The position numbers and the translations under genes were made by a program. The notes beneath the pieces were generated by a model that was not told where the DNA came from, ran no database searches, and saw nothing but the letters and a program-made list of their open reading frames with translations. Positions 48,109 through 58,234 of a stretch of 64,000 nt of DNA are shown piece after piece. Source of the stretch: Candidatus Moraniibacteriota bacterium (GTDB taxonomy: Bacteria > Patescibacteriota > Minisyncoccia > Moranbacterales > UBA1568); assembly GCA_963743885.1 (NCBI GenBank), contig CAVURJ010000002.1, forward strand, positions 241,706 through 305,705, in the 5' to 3' direction. The number at the start of each line of letters is the position of its first letter. Position 1 is the stretch's first letter.

Positions 48109-49164
48109 TCAATTTCTGAATTGCCCAAACTTGATACCACGGATGATTTCTGTTTGCCTGTCCGTAGAGATTTTCCCGTAGCCGTAAGAACCAAAGGTTG
48201 TCCCCACGTCTGTATGTCCGAGATTTTGACTGATAGCTTTCTTTTCTTCTTCCGTCAGTCGCGTCTTGATGAACTCTTTGACGATGAGATGCCGAAAGGT
48301 ATGCGGATGAAAATAGGGGATGCCTGCACCCTTGAAACGTTTCTCAAATATCTTTCGGGCGGGCGATGCGTTACTCCAAAAGATAGGCTCGACCACTCCC
48401 GAACTGTAATAGCTGATATTTTCTTTCCCTTGTTCCAATTTGGTGGCAGGAAAAAGCGGGTCGCCTGAAGAAAACTTCCGCTTCTGCTCAAGATAGTCGA
48501 ACCATTCCAGAAAGTAGGAAAGTGGCTTTGGGTCTGGCATTGGGAAGAGGGCGGTTGTAATCATCTTGGAAAACTTGGTTTTCACTCCCGAGGCAGGGTC
48601 TTGCTCCAAGATGAGCCTTCGTTTATCAAAGCTCTTCATTCGTAGGCTGGAAATAGCGGAAATTCTTGCTCCCGTGAGGAGCGTGAGGGCGATGAGAGCT
48701 TTATCGCGTTTTTCCACCTCGGTTTCTCCATTGATACTCTCAAGCACTTTTAGGACTTCCTCGAAAGTCGGAGCATCCACTGTCCTTGCTCGGGTGGCTA
48801 TCTGGCTTTCTTTCCGCGAGAGGTTCAGGAAGCCTATATGGGTAGCGTTGATTTTGGATTTCGGCTGTTGGGCAAGCCACTCGAAGAACTTCCGCAGATA
48901 GCGGAGAATATCGTAGCAATAGCTCAAGCTGATGGAGTTTTTGGAACCCTTCTTTTCCTTTCCCTTGAGCCAGTCTCTGAAAGCGATTGCCTGCTTATCG
49001 TTGAATAGGCTGAAATCTTCCGTCTTGGTAAAGTCTTCCCAGTAGAGCAAGGCTTTCTCGAAAGACCCTATGGAATTAGCTGAAAATTGCTCTGAATTTT
49101 TGAGGAAGGCGAAGAACTCACGCTTCGTCATTTCATTCTTGTAATTGGCTTTTTGCATATACAT
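48109..49164 (-). CDS. Tyrosine recombinase/integrase
   Basis: LTGARISAI, KTK, HTFRH, SQNLGH, TTFGSYG (R-K-H-R-H-Y set). Confidence 0.92.
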   Translation of the reverse strand: MYMQKANYKNEMTKREFFAFLKNSEQFSANSIGSFEKALLYWEDFTKTEDFSLFNDKQAIAFRDWLKGKEKKGSKNSISLSYCYDILRYLRKFFEWLAQQPKSKINATHIGFLNLSRKESQIATRARTVDAPTFEEVLKVLESINGETEVEKRDKALIALTLLTGARISAISSLRMKSFDKRRLILEQDPASGVKTKFSKMITTALFPMPDPKPLSYFLEWFDYLEQKRKFSSGDPLFPATKLEQGKENISYYSSGVVEPIFWSNASPARKIFEKRFKGAGIPYFHPHTFRHLIVKEFIKTRLTEEEKKAISQNLGHTDVGTTFGSYGYGKISTDRQTEIIRGIKFGQFRN

Positions 49165-49242
49165 TTAGGCGTTATTGATGATTTACCCGTAAAGAGACAT
49201 TCAGGAGAGAGTTACTGGAACCTGTTAGTCCTTTTGGAAGTC

Positions 49243-49626
49243 TCATACGAGGCGATTTACTTTTGTCTCGCATCGCTCGCATTTTCCTCGTTGTAAGAAT
49301 TGCTTACGCGAATTTTTACCAATTGTTTTTCCTGTCGGCACGGTCTCTTCCGTTCCTGATTTGGCACGGGTCGGCACTCGGCATTTCAGGCAATAATACT
49401 CGCCTTCTTTGAGTGATACTTTCCGCTTCTTCATTTTTTCAGAAAGGAAGTGGCGGAGTTCGTCGCCCATAATGAGGAGGGGACGAGTGTTTTTTTCAAG
49501 GGGATGGAGACCATCCCCAAGCCATCGGAAAATCGTTTTCTTATTGATGTGAAAGAGCGTGGCAATTTCTTCGGGTGTGTAGCTATGGCGAGACGTGATA
49601 AGTCTCGGATTATATCGTCGTGTCAT
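49243..49626 (-). CDS. Excisionase-like HTH protein with C-terminal Zn finger
   Basis: YTPEEIATLF.INKKTIFRW..GL; YCLKC...GKCERC. Confidence 0.75.
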   Translation of the reverse strand: MTRRYNPRLITSRHSYTPEEIATLFHINKKTIFRWLGDGLHPLEKNTRPLLIMGDELRHFLSEKMKKRKVSLKEGEYYCLKCRVPTRAKSGTEETVPTGKTIGKNSRKQFLQRGKCERCETKVNRLV

Positions 49627-49654
49627 ATGTGAGTAATTATGGATTTCAAGCTGG

Positions 49655-49828
49655 CTATACTTCTTTGGGCGGAAGTGCTCCACCTTGAGCGGTAGCCTTC
49701 CTTTCGGAAAGCCACTGCTCAAAGATAATTTCTCCAAGGATTTGAACGGCATCTCTGATTTCGGCTACTTCCTCATCGGAAAGCGTATCGTCGTCCAAAA
49801 GCTGTCTTGCTTCTTCGATGGTTAGCAT
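49655..49828 (-). CDS. Small helical protein (57 aa; not in ORF track)
   Basis: Read manually as MLTIEEARQLLDDDTLSDEEVAEIRDAVQILGEIIFEQW...; overlaps the stop of the upstream gene. Confidence 0.65.
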   Translation of the reverse strand: MLTIEEARQLLDDDTLSDEEVAEIRDAVQILGEIIFEQWLSERKATAQGGALPPKEV

Positions 49829-50109
49829 ACAGCTTCATCCGAATAGAGGCGGTTCTTTATCATCTTTTGGCTATCAAAAAGCGTCCGTGCATTGAGTTGC
49901 AAACGGTCGTTCCAGTAGTCGTTGGTGCTCGTCTCGATAGTCGGGACGCGTCGAAAGATGAACCGAGCTTTCTTCGGGTTTACGGTTCGCTCAAGGGTAT
50001 GTAGCTCATACCCCAAAGCCACGAGAGAAGAAGCCAAGCCAAGGTCGGTCGTGGCATACTTCGCTTCTTCAGATAGTTCTGCTGTCTCCTTTAGATGTTT
50101 GGTAATCAT
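49822..50109 (-). CDS. DUF5659-like small protein
   Basis: TTDLGLASSLVALGYEL..LER...KARFIF...YW pattern typical of CPR island genes. Confidence 0.65.
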   Translation of the reverse strand: MITKHLKETAELSEEAKYATTDLGLASSLVALGYELHTLERTVNPKKARFIFRRVPTIETSTNDYWNDRLQLNARTLFDSQKMIKNRLYSDEAVC

Positions 50110-50285
50110 AAAGATTGATTGTGAATGATGATTACCAATCGCGATTGGATTTTGGAGGTCTCCTACCTCATATGGCGAATTTCACCCTCACCGTGTATGA
50201 AAAAGAAAAAATCCCTTATTAGAGGGACTTTTTTACGCTTCAGTATTGTGTAGACCAACTGGTGAATTTCACCGAGGCAGTTTTC

Positions 50286-51809
50286 CTATAAATTTGGGGC
50301 TACGTCTTCCATATAATCACCAATATCAGAGTAGGGGTCGCTCTGTCCTTTTTTATCATCGACATAGGCTTTGTTTTTCTCCGTCGCCATTTCGCTAAAC
50401 AAGGTAAATCTCGTTCTATAGGAGTTATTTTCCTTGTAGGGATGAAATGGGTCGCTCTCCATACTGAAATAGTTTTTTAGTATATCGGAGACTTGCTGTT
50501 TTTGCTTTTTATACTGCACCTTAGCTGTTTCGTCAGGAATGGATATTTCTCCATTTTGTATCGCTAAAACTTTGAAAAAATCCCATAGGACACTCGGATT
50601 TCCATCGTGCTTCCCAAACCCCATCTCTTCGTATGTTGCAGTATGTTCCTTAGAGGGGAGTTTTATATGTATCTTTTCATCTTTCAAAACCTTCATTGAT
50701 ACCTGCCTCCACTCTGTTCCTGCTGGGATAGTAGAGGGGAACTTATGCTTTGTTTTGCTGGCGTTTCGCTTATCATCAATGCTGATGGCAATCTCTTTTT
50801 CCTGAATACTGTTCTGAAAGGTATGGATATGCTCGTGTTTGATTACCGTTCCTTTCGGTTCTGTAGCATCATCTTTTTTGGTGTCCGTCTTTTTATCAGA
50901 AGAGAATTTTTGGAAAAAATCCTTTTCTTTTTCCAACATAATACTTTTGAGACCTGCTACTTCCTCTTTGATAGTCCCCAACAATAAGGCGACGCTTTTA
51001 TCGAACGGATGGATTTCTGAATTGTTCTCAAACAAATCTTTGTCAGCCACTGTTTCCCTGAAATCAATAAGATATTGTTCTACACCGTCCGACCAAGTTC
51101 CATCAAGAAAATCAGGGGCGGAATAAAGGCTGGTTATTGGCTCGATAAGACCTTGGTAGCATTGGCTTTCTTTCAATCCTTCAAACGACGGTTCACTAAG
51201 AACAACCTCCATCAATTTTCTTCGCAATACCTTGAAAGAAACATTGAGTTCATCAATGCCCGACCTCAAGAAAATAAGTCCGTTGCCATAGTAAGCCCGT
51301 ATAATCGCCTCATAATACGAATACAGTATGCTCAAGAGATAAATCTTCTTATTGAGGGAGAAATCACTAAACTGAAAAGTGTTGAAATCTCTGATTATCT
51401 TTGATTTTTCCAAAACTGTTTTTGCTTCAGCTTGGAAGGAAACAGAGCTGGGAGCCGATACCAACCTCGCGGCAATATCCTTCACTTTTTGTATAAGCAA
51501 CAAATCGGTTGGAGATATTTCTTTGCCATTCAGCATAGAACTTACCTCCATATACTCAATCAAGGCGTATAGAGTTTTTCCGACGGTCAAATCATCTTCA
51601 TCTTCCCAGATAGTCCGCAATCTATTGGCTTTGGATGCCGAAAGGTTTTCTCTATCGTATTTCGGACTATAAATCTCTATACCGAAGTGTTCCTGAAAAA
51701 ACTCTTCTATTGTCCGATTGGAAAAATCCAGAACGTATCCTTGGCTCATTCCAAAAAGCGTTTCGATGATTTTCCTTTCACTCCCATTGAATTTTATACT
51801 CATTCTCAT
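50286..51809 (-). CDS. Protein with AbiJ/Mrr-type N-terminal domain and probable C-terminal winged HTH
   Basis: GYVLDFSNRT..EFF...SKANRLR..W N-terminus; C-terminal W..L..LA...G...K..LK.YF; start uncertain. Confidence 0.55.
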   Translation of the reverse strand: MRMSIKFNGSERKIIETLFGMSQGYVLDFSNRTIEEFFQEHFGIEIYSPKYDRENLSASKANRLRTIWEDEDDLTVGKTLYALIEYMEVSSMLNGKEISPTDLLLIQKVKDIAARLVSAPSSVSFQAEAKTVLEKSKIIRDFNTFQFSDFSLNKKIYLLSILYSYYEAIIRAYYGNGLIFLRSGIDELNVSFKVLRRKLMEVVLSEPSFEGLKESQCYQGLIEPITSLYSAPDFLDGTWSDGVEQYLIDFRETVADKDLFENNSEIHPFDKSVALLLGTIKEEVAGLKSIMLEKEKDFFQKFSSDKKTDTKKDDATEPKGTVIKHEHIHTFQNSIQEKEIAISIDDKRNASKTKHKFPSTIPAGTEWRQVSMKVLKDEKIHIKLPSKEHTATYEEMGFGKHDGNPSVLWDFFKVLAIQNGEISIPDETAKVQYKKQKQQVSDILKNYFSMESDPFHPYKENNSYRTRFTLFSEMATEKNKAYVDDKKGQSDPYSDIGDYMEDVAPNL

Positions 51810-51917
51810 TTGAGAAGCATTTCCTCTGCCCATTGCAGGGAAAATACGACGTTTGGCGTAATTGTAATCGTGTAGTATAGTTATGGTAACTTATATAGGG
51901 CGTGAAATCAAGCTTTT

Positions 51918-52109
51918 ATGGAAAGAAAAGAACTGCCAGATATTCTAACTTTGAAGCAAGCCTGTGCGGTTTTGAATTGCCATCCCAATACGCTTAGGCT
52001 ATGGGATAAAAAAGGTATTTTAGTAGCTATACGCCTCGGCAAGAGACGCGATAGACGTTATAGGAAAGACCAAATCTTTGCTTTGTTAGAAACATCTCAT
52101 AAAGGGTAA
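51918..52109 (+). CDS. MerR/excisionase-type HTH protein
   Basis: LTLKQAC.VL..HPNTLRLWD..G.L.AIR.G..RDRRY. Confidence 0.85.
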   Translation: MERKELPDILTLKQACAVLNCHPNTLRLWDKKGILVAIRLGKRRDRRYRKDQIFALLETSHKG

Positions 52110-52133
52110 AGTATCCGTAACAATATAATTACT

Positions 52134-53852
52134 ATGTCAGAAAATTCACTCAAAAAAGGTCGCTACACGAAATACAGCAATAAAATTGGATTGTATAGCA
52201 ATAGCAAAGGGGGATTTATCAAAAACGATACTGACGTAGTTCTGAACTTCCCGTTCAAAGATACTGTGCTTGAAGCGGGGATGAACAAAGAGGATGTAGG
52301 GCGTGATGAGCGTTTTTTACATTTGGAAATTGATAGTAAAGACATCGACACATTGGAAGAACCGAAAGTGCTTACTGACTTCCTCTACTTTGATAAAGAT
52401 GGCGAGAAGGCGTTAGACGCAAATAGTGATATTGAGTTTTTTGATATTGAAGGCAATCTCAAACAAAACTTACTCATCAAGGGCAATAACTTACTGGCAC
52501 TCTATACTCTTCGAGAAAAACTCGCTGGAAGGGTGAAAGCGATTTATATTGACCCACCCTACAATCCTCCGAGTAAGTCAAACACATTTATTTACAATAA
52601 TAACTTCAACCATTCCTCTTGGTTGGTATTTATGAGAAATCGCCTTGAAATGGCGAAACAGCTACTAACGGACGATGGTGTTCTTATTTGTGCCATTGAT
52701 GAAAACGAACTTGCGTATTTGGGAGTTTTGATTGACGAAGTTTTTGGCAGTGAAAAGGAAAGTCATTTCATTACTATTGTTCATAATCCACGAGGTATTC
52801 AAGGCACTAACTTCTCTTACACTCACGAATACGCAATCTTTGTTATTCCAAAGGGGCTGAAAACTATTGGAAACCGAAAAATTGAAGCTGAAGATATCTC
52901 TTGGCGTAACTTGCGAGATAACGGCGGAGAGTCGTTGCGCACAGACGCAAAAAACTGTTTTTACCCAATGGTGGTAAAAGACGGTGAAGTTATAGGCTTT
53001 GGTGATATAGCAAAAGATGAAATACACCCTAATGCCAATGAACCGCAAACAGATGGCTCGATATACATATACCCAATCGACCCAAGTGGAATTGAGCGTA
53101 AATGGCGATACGCACGACAAAGCGTTGATAAAATAAAAAATTTGTTGCGAGCAAAAGAGTCAAAGGGGGTTTGGCAGATAGAAATTGGTAAAGACTTTGG
53201 TCAATATAGAACAGTTTGGCAAGACCCCAGATATGACGCTAACGAGTACGGCACTAAATTGGTAAAAAGTCTTGTGCCAAGTTCGGAGTTTGATTTTCCA
53301 AAATCTCTGTGGAATGTATACGACTGTCTTTATGCGGTTGTTGCAGATGACCCAAATGCTATCATCTTAGATTTCTTTGGTGGAAGTGGCACTACCGCAC
53401 ACGCTACACTGGAACTGAATAAGGATGGCGGTAGTAGGAAGTTTGTCATAGTAGAACAAATGGGCTACATCGCATCCGTAACTCTCCCAAGAATTGAAGC
53501 TGTGATAAAGAAAGACACCCTAAAAGAGTCTTTCGTGTATTTTGAACTCAAAAAATACAACCAAGAATACATCGACCGTATTGCGAAAACTACAAGTCTC
53601 TCTGAACTGGAAGAAATCTATGTGGATATGCGAAACAACGCTTTTCTCAAGTTTTGGTTTGACCGCAAAGAGTTTGAAAAGGATGAGAATTTCCGTAATC
53701 TCGACATTGAGGGTCGGAAGCAAAAGCTCGTGGATGTATTGGATGAAAATCAGCTCTATCTGAACTATGCCGATATGGGCGATACACGGCACAAAGTAAC
53801 TGCCGACGAAAAAACACTAACGGACAAGTTCTATGGCTCGGAAAAAAACTAA
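52134..53852 (+). CDS. mod: Type III restriction-modification methyltransferase (Mod)
   Basis: NLLIKGNNL, IYIDPPYN, IDENE, FPK, LDFFGGSGTT (beta-class N6-MTase). Confidence 0.9.
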   Translation: MSENSLKKGRYTKYSNKIGLYSNSKGGFIKNDTDVVLNFPFKDTVLEAGMNKEDVGRDERFLHLEIDSKDIDTLEEPKVLTDFLYFDKDGEKALDANSDIEFFDIEGNLKQNLLIKGNNLLALYTLREKLAGRVKAIYIDPPYNPPSKSNTFIYNNNFNHSSWLVFMRNRLEMAKQLLTDDGVLICAIDENELAYLGVLIDEVFGSEKESHFITIVHNPRGIQGTNFSYTHEYAIFVIPKGLKTIGNRKIEAEDISWRNLRDNGGESLRTDAKNCFYPMVVKDGEVIGFGDIAKDEIHPNANEPQTDGSIYIYPIDPSGIERKWRYARQSVDKIKNLLRAKESKGVWQIEIGKDFGQYRTVWQDPRYDANEYGTKLVKSLVPSSEFDFPKSLWNVYDCLYAVVADDPNAIILDFFGGSGTTAHATLELNKDGGSRKFVIVEQMGYIASVTLPRIEAVIKKDTLKESFVYFELKKYNQEYIDRIAKTTSLSELEEIYVDMRNNAFLKFWFDRKEFEKDENFRNLDIEGRKQKLVDVLDENQLYLNYADMGDTRHKVTADEKTLTDKFYGSEKN

Positions 53853-56664
53853 AGTCAATGAAACACTTGGCGACTTTCTGTTTAACCAGATAGAGAGCGA
53901 CCCTGATTTTCAGCAGTGGGCGGTATATTATAGCATTCCTGAATATATTACCGACAACCTACACCCGACGAAACGCTTGCGAGAGTATCAAAAGCAGGCT
54001 TTGAAGCACTTTATCTGGCTTTATGAACACGATAGGGCGAAGGCGAAGCATCTTTTGTTCAATATGGCGACGGGAACGGGCAAAACCCTCATAATGGCGT
54101 CCGTGGTGCTATTTCTGTATGAAAATGGCTATAGGAATTTCCTCTTTCTCGTGCATCAGATACAAATCAAAGACCAAGCCGTAAAGAACTTTACGGACTA
54201 CAAGTTTGAGAAGTATCTGTTCAATCCAAAGGGTATCAAAATCAATGGGCGAAATGTGGACGTCAAAACGGTTGAGAGCGTGGCTGATGCCAATCGCAAC
54301 GCCATAAACTTTATGTTCTTCAGCACTTCACTCCTCTACAATCGCCTCAAAGAAGACCGAGAAAATGGATTGACTGCCGATGACTTCGCAAATCACGATG
54401 TCGTGATAATTGCTGACGAAGCCCATAGGCTCAATGTGGATACGCGGAGCAAAAATAAGAAAGACCAAGAAGAAATACTCAACTGGGAAACAGCCGTAAT
54501 GTCGGCTATCAAGGCTCGGGAAGAAAATATACTGTTGGAGTTTACCGCTACGGTTGATTTGGCGAATGAGGCTATCCACAGTAAGTATGAGGACAAGATT
54601 GTCCATCGCTATGATTTTCTTGAGTTCAATAAAGACGGTTATAGCAAAGACGTAAAGTTTCTCTTCAATCAAGAGGTGCATACCGAAGACCAAAAACGCT
54701 TGTTGATTATCAATGCCGTTGTTTTGAGTGAATACCGAAGGTTACTTGCCGAGCGTGAAATGGACGTGTTTATCAGTCCAATTGTGCTTATCAAGTCAGT
54801 GAAAATTGCCCAAAGTGAAGAAGACCGAAAGTTTTTTGACAGCGTGATTGGTTCTTTGCGACCAGATGATTTGAGCCGTCTCAAAGAACTCAGTAAGGGA
54901 GGGGAAAATCGTGAACACGAGATTTTGAGTGATATGTTCGACTGGCTCGCTTCTCCAAAAGCTGGACTTGTATCGCAAGGAGACTGGGATGGTTTGAAGG
55001 CATTTACCGCCGAAATACGCGGGAGCTTTGCCCACGAAAACACACTTATTTATAACAGTCAGAAAAAGGAAAAAGCGGAATTATTGCCATTATTGGATAG
55101 CCCACGAAACACTATCCGTGCCATCTTTTCAGTCAATGCGTTGAATGAGGGTTGGGATGTGCTTGGTTTGTATGACATTGTTCACTTTGATATTTCCGAA
55201 GCCAAAAAGGTATCTCTCCAAGATATTCAATTGATTGGTCGTGGTGCGAGATATTGCCCCTATGAACTGCCAAAGCTCTACAAGCAGGATGAGGACGATG
55301 GTATGTCGAGCCTGTTTTCTGGTCGCAATCTTGAGTTTGATAAATACAAGCGGAAGTTCGACAACGACCCATTCGATAAGGGACGGGTGCTGGAAACGTT
55401 CGTCTATCATTTCGTAAAGACGGGGACATTCCTTGAAAACCTTCAACGTGATTTGCTTGGTGAGGGCATTATTAGTGAGGGTATTGAAAAGAAGACTATT
55501 GCAATGAAGCAAAAGTTCCTCGAAAGCGAGACCTACAAGAAGGGATTCGTTCTTGTAAATCATACGGAGCAAAGAACTAAGACGAAAGATGATGAGATTG
55601 ATACGACATTCAAGCGTGTCATAAAGGCTGGCTCGTATAATTTACGGGCGAGGGGTCTATCGGATTTTGAACAAAACCAAATTATCGCAGGACAAAAAGT
55701 TGATGTTATTAGTATCACTGAAGAATACTTCCCACTGCCTGTCATTCGTAAAGCGTTGGTTTCTGCCGAGGGTAACTTTTTCCGTTTCAGTAATTTGAGC
55801 AAGCATATTGTCGGTATCAGCACGATTGATGAGCTCATTGAAAAATACCTGCCACTCTACAAAATCAGTTATACCTACGAAGAGGGAAAAGGCATCAGTC
55901 AGCTCAACCCGATAGAAAAGCTACAATTGTTGGTTGGCGTGATATTGCTAGAAGTGCGTAAGGCGATTGATATAAATATGCCCCGCGTAACGGGTAGCAA
56001 AAAATTCCGCCCAGTCTCATTGTCGGTTGTTTTTGGCAAGGAAAAGAATATCTATCTGATGTCGTTTCCAGTCGAAGATGCGGTTACTGGGAAGAAGGTG
56101 TTTATGAGTAACGATGAACGTGCCAAAGCACAGTCCAACCACGACAATCCAGAACTGCAATACGATATTCAGTCCGCCAATTGGTATGCCTATGATGAGA
56201 ACTACGGCACGAGCGAGGAAAAACGCTTTGTGAAGTATATAGCGAGCCAAATTGACGATTTACGTGCGAAATATCAGGGAGCGGAGATTTATCTGATACG
56301 TAACGAGCTTGATTACTGGCTCTTTAGCCCGCAAGACGGACGCAGGTTCAGTCCTGACTATATGCTGATAGTGAATGATGTCGCCAATGGTGAGATGTAT
56401 TACCAGTGTTTGATTGAGCCAAAGGGCGGGCATTTGCTCGAACACGATGCTTGGAAGGAAGAAGCCTTGATAAGCCTGAATGATGATAGCGAGGTGGTAT
56501 TTGATGCACAGGACGGTGATACCCGCAATTACCGTGAATACTTGGCAGAAATCAGTAAGCACGGCTACAAAGAAATAAAGTCGCTTGGCTTGAAGTTCTA
56601 CAATTCCGACACTCGCGGTGAAGCCGATTTCGCATTGGATTTTCAAGAAAAGTTACTATCTTAG
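53833..56664 (+). CDS. res: Type III restriction endonuclease (Res; SF2 helicase + PD-(D/E)xK nuclease)
   Basis: LREYQ, MATGTGKT, DEAH, FTAT, EGWDV, QLIGRGAR, PDY...IEPKG. Confidence 0.9.
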   Translation: MARKKTKVNETLGDFLFNQIESDPDFQQWAVYYSIPEYITDNLHPTKRLREYQKQALKHFIWLYEHDRAKAKHLLFNMATGTGKTLIMASVVLFLYENGYRNFLFLVHQIQIKDQAVKNFTDYKFEKYLFNPKGIKINGRNVDVKTVESVADANRNAINFMFFSTSLLYNRLKEDRENGLTADDFANHDVVIIADEAHRLNVDTRSKNKKDQEEILNWETAVMSAIKAREENILLEFTATVDLANEAIHSKYEDKIVHRYDFLEFNKDGYSKDVKFLFNQEVHTEDQKRLLIINAVVLSEYRRLLAEREMDVFISPIVLIKSVKIAQSEEDRKFFDSVIGSLRPDDLSRLKELSKGGENREHEILSDMFDWLASPKAGLVSQGDWDGLKAFTAEIRGSFAHENTLIYNSQKKEKAELLPLLDSPRNTIRAIFSVNALNEGWDVLGLYDIVHFDISEAKKVSLQDIQLIGRGARYCPYELPKLYKQDEDDGMSSLFSGRNLEFDKYKRKFDNDPFDKGRVLETFVYHFVKTGTFLENLQRDLLGEGIISEGIEKKTIAMKQKFLESETYKKGFVLVNHTEQRTKTKDDEIDTTFKRVIKAGSYNLRARGLSDFEQNQIIAGQKVDVISITEEYFPLPVIRKALVSAEGNFFRFSNLSKHIVGISTIDELIEKYLPLYKISYTYEEGKGISQLNPIEKLQLLVGVILLEVRKAIDINMPRVTGSKKFRPVSLSVVFGKEKNIYLMSFPVEDAVTGKKVFMSNDERAKAQSNHDNPELQYDIQSANWYAYDENYGTSEEKRFVKYIASQIDDLRAKYQGAEIYLIRNELDYWLFSPQDGRRFSPDYMLIVNDVANGEMYYQCLIEPKGGHLLEHDAWKEEALISLNDDSEVVFDAQDGDTRNYREYLAEISKHGYKEIKSLGLKFYNSDTRGEADFALDFQEKLLS

Positions 56665-56682
56665 TTATGAGGGTGTCGATAT

Positions 56683-58215
56683 ATGAAGATATTATTAGCT
56701 GGACCAGGAACTGGGAAAACAACAAATATAGGAAATATCATCAAGGGCAAAGAAAGTCTCGATGGTATTTTAGTAATCTCATTTACCAATGCCACTGTTG
56801 AAGACTTGAAAAAATCACTTTCTCAAGTAGGGTTGCCTCTGGAGAATTGTATGACACTTCATAAGCTTGCCGTGAAGTATAACCACGATAAATCAAGGCA
56901 CGTTCTTGAGGTGATGGAGGCTAATGAACTTTACAAAATATCTAAATCAACCGAAATTGGTTTCAATGAGCTGTGTGATTTTCTATCAGCCACAACTTTC
57001 GACCAAATGATTGGTCGTTTTGTTGCCTATGCGAAATCAAATCCAGAGTATCTCAAAGAAAAGCTCTCAAGATATTCCGTGTTGATAGTTGATGAGTATC
57101 AAGACTTCAACAAAAACGAACAGGAACTCATTGATTTACTTGTTGGGATAATGCCTGATACTTATATCCTTGGAGATGATGACCAGTGTATATATGACTT
57201 CAAAGATGCGGATAATGATAAAATTATCTCTCTTTACTCGGATGCTTCACACGAAAAAATTGAACACGAGCATAAATGTTACAGATGCCCCGATGTGGTT
57301 GTTGATAGTGCTACAAAACTTATAAAAAAGAATACTAAACGAGTTGATAAGAAGTGGGAAAAAAATGGTAACGTAGGAAACCTTGTTCAGAGGCAATTCG
57401 CGTCAAATACCAATACGGCGGATTACATTTTAGAAGAAGTAAAAAAAATACTCGAAGACAATGCAGATGATAAGGTTTTGATTTTGAGCCCTGTTGGTTT
57501 TCTTGTGGAAACCCTTACAAATGTATTGGATGGTTCGGGAATTGAATACAGGAACTATTTTATTGCAAAAGTAGACCCAGAACTTGTTATAAAGTCTTGG
57601 GTTTTGAGAGCTTGTTTTGGTAGGCATAAATACTTGAACCTAATGCTCATTGGATACAGAGTTCTTTCATCAAGAAAAAAATTCTACGAAACAATCAAGA
57701 AACACTATGCTTCGGGGCAGGACTTTGATGAGCTTTTCAAAGTGGTTGCAAGCAAGTTGCCAGATGAAGGGAAAAAAACTTATGATAGCGTTGCTATCGC
57801 TCTACAAGAGCCATATTTTCAGGGTCTTACTGATTTTTTCAATAACGCTGAAGGCGGGAGTGAGGATGAAAAACTGGAGAACCTGTTTGTTTTGGTAGAC
57901 GAGAATGTTGAAAAACGAGTGAATATAATGTCTATCCATAAGTCAAAGGGTCTTGGTGCAGAACACGTTTTTATGATTGGATTGGTTGAAGGTATCATCC
58001 CGAACCGTGCAAAAGGAAATGATACAATCGAGAGCCAGAGGAGACTTTTCTATGTTGGTATGACCAGAGCAAAAAAGAACCTACATCTCATCTCAAGCAT
58101 CAATTTTGAGGGTAGATACGTGAATACTGTAAACAAGGACGACTTCAGGTTTGATGTTAGGTCTCGTCTGTGGAAGGGTAAATCTTCTCGATTTATTGAG
58201 GAAATAAACGCATAG
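56683..58215 (+). CDS. Compact UvrD/Rep-family SF1 helicase
   Basis: AGPGTGKT, SFTN, TLH, VDEYQD, GDDDQCIY, YRCP, SIHKSKGL, YVGMTRAK. Confidence 0.9.
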   Translation: MKILLAGPGTGKTTNIGNIIKGKESLDGILVISFTNATVEDLKKSLSQVGLPLENCMTLHKLAVKYNHDKSRHVLEVMEANELYKISKSTEIGFNELCDFLSATTFDQMIGRFVAYAKSNPEYLKEKLSRYSVLIVDEYQDFNKNEQELIDLLVGIMPDTYILGDDDQCIYDFKDADNDKIISLYSDASHEKIEHEHKCYRCPDVVVDSATKLIKKNTKRVDKKWEKNGNVGNLVQRQFASNTNTADYILEEVKKILEDNADDKVLILSPVGFLVETLTNVLDGSGIEYRNYFIAKVDPELVIKSWVLRACFGRHKYLNLMLIGYRVLSSRKKFYETIKKHYASGQDFDELFKVVASKLPDEGKKTYDSVAIALQEPYFQGLTDFFNNAEGGSEDEKLENLFVLVDENVEKRVNIMSIHKSKGLGAEHVFMIGLVEGIIPNRAKGNDTIESQRRLFYVGMTRAKKNLHLISSINFEGRYVNTVNKDDFRFDVRSRLWKGKSSRFIEEINA

Positions 58216-58234
58216 GGCTAATTCGGGTTAGATT

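Noticed and set aside
56683-58215. Calling the helicase Gabija GajB
   Set aside because: No adjacent OLD/TOPRIM (GajA) gene, so it is reported only as a UvrD-like helicase.
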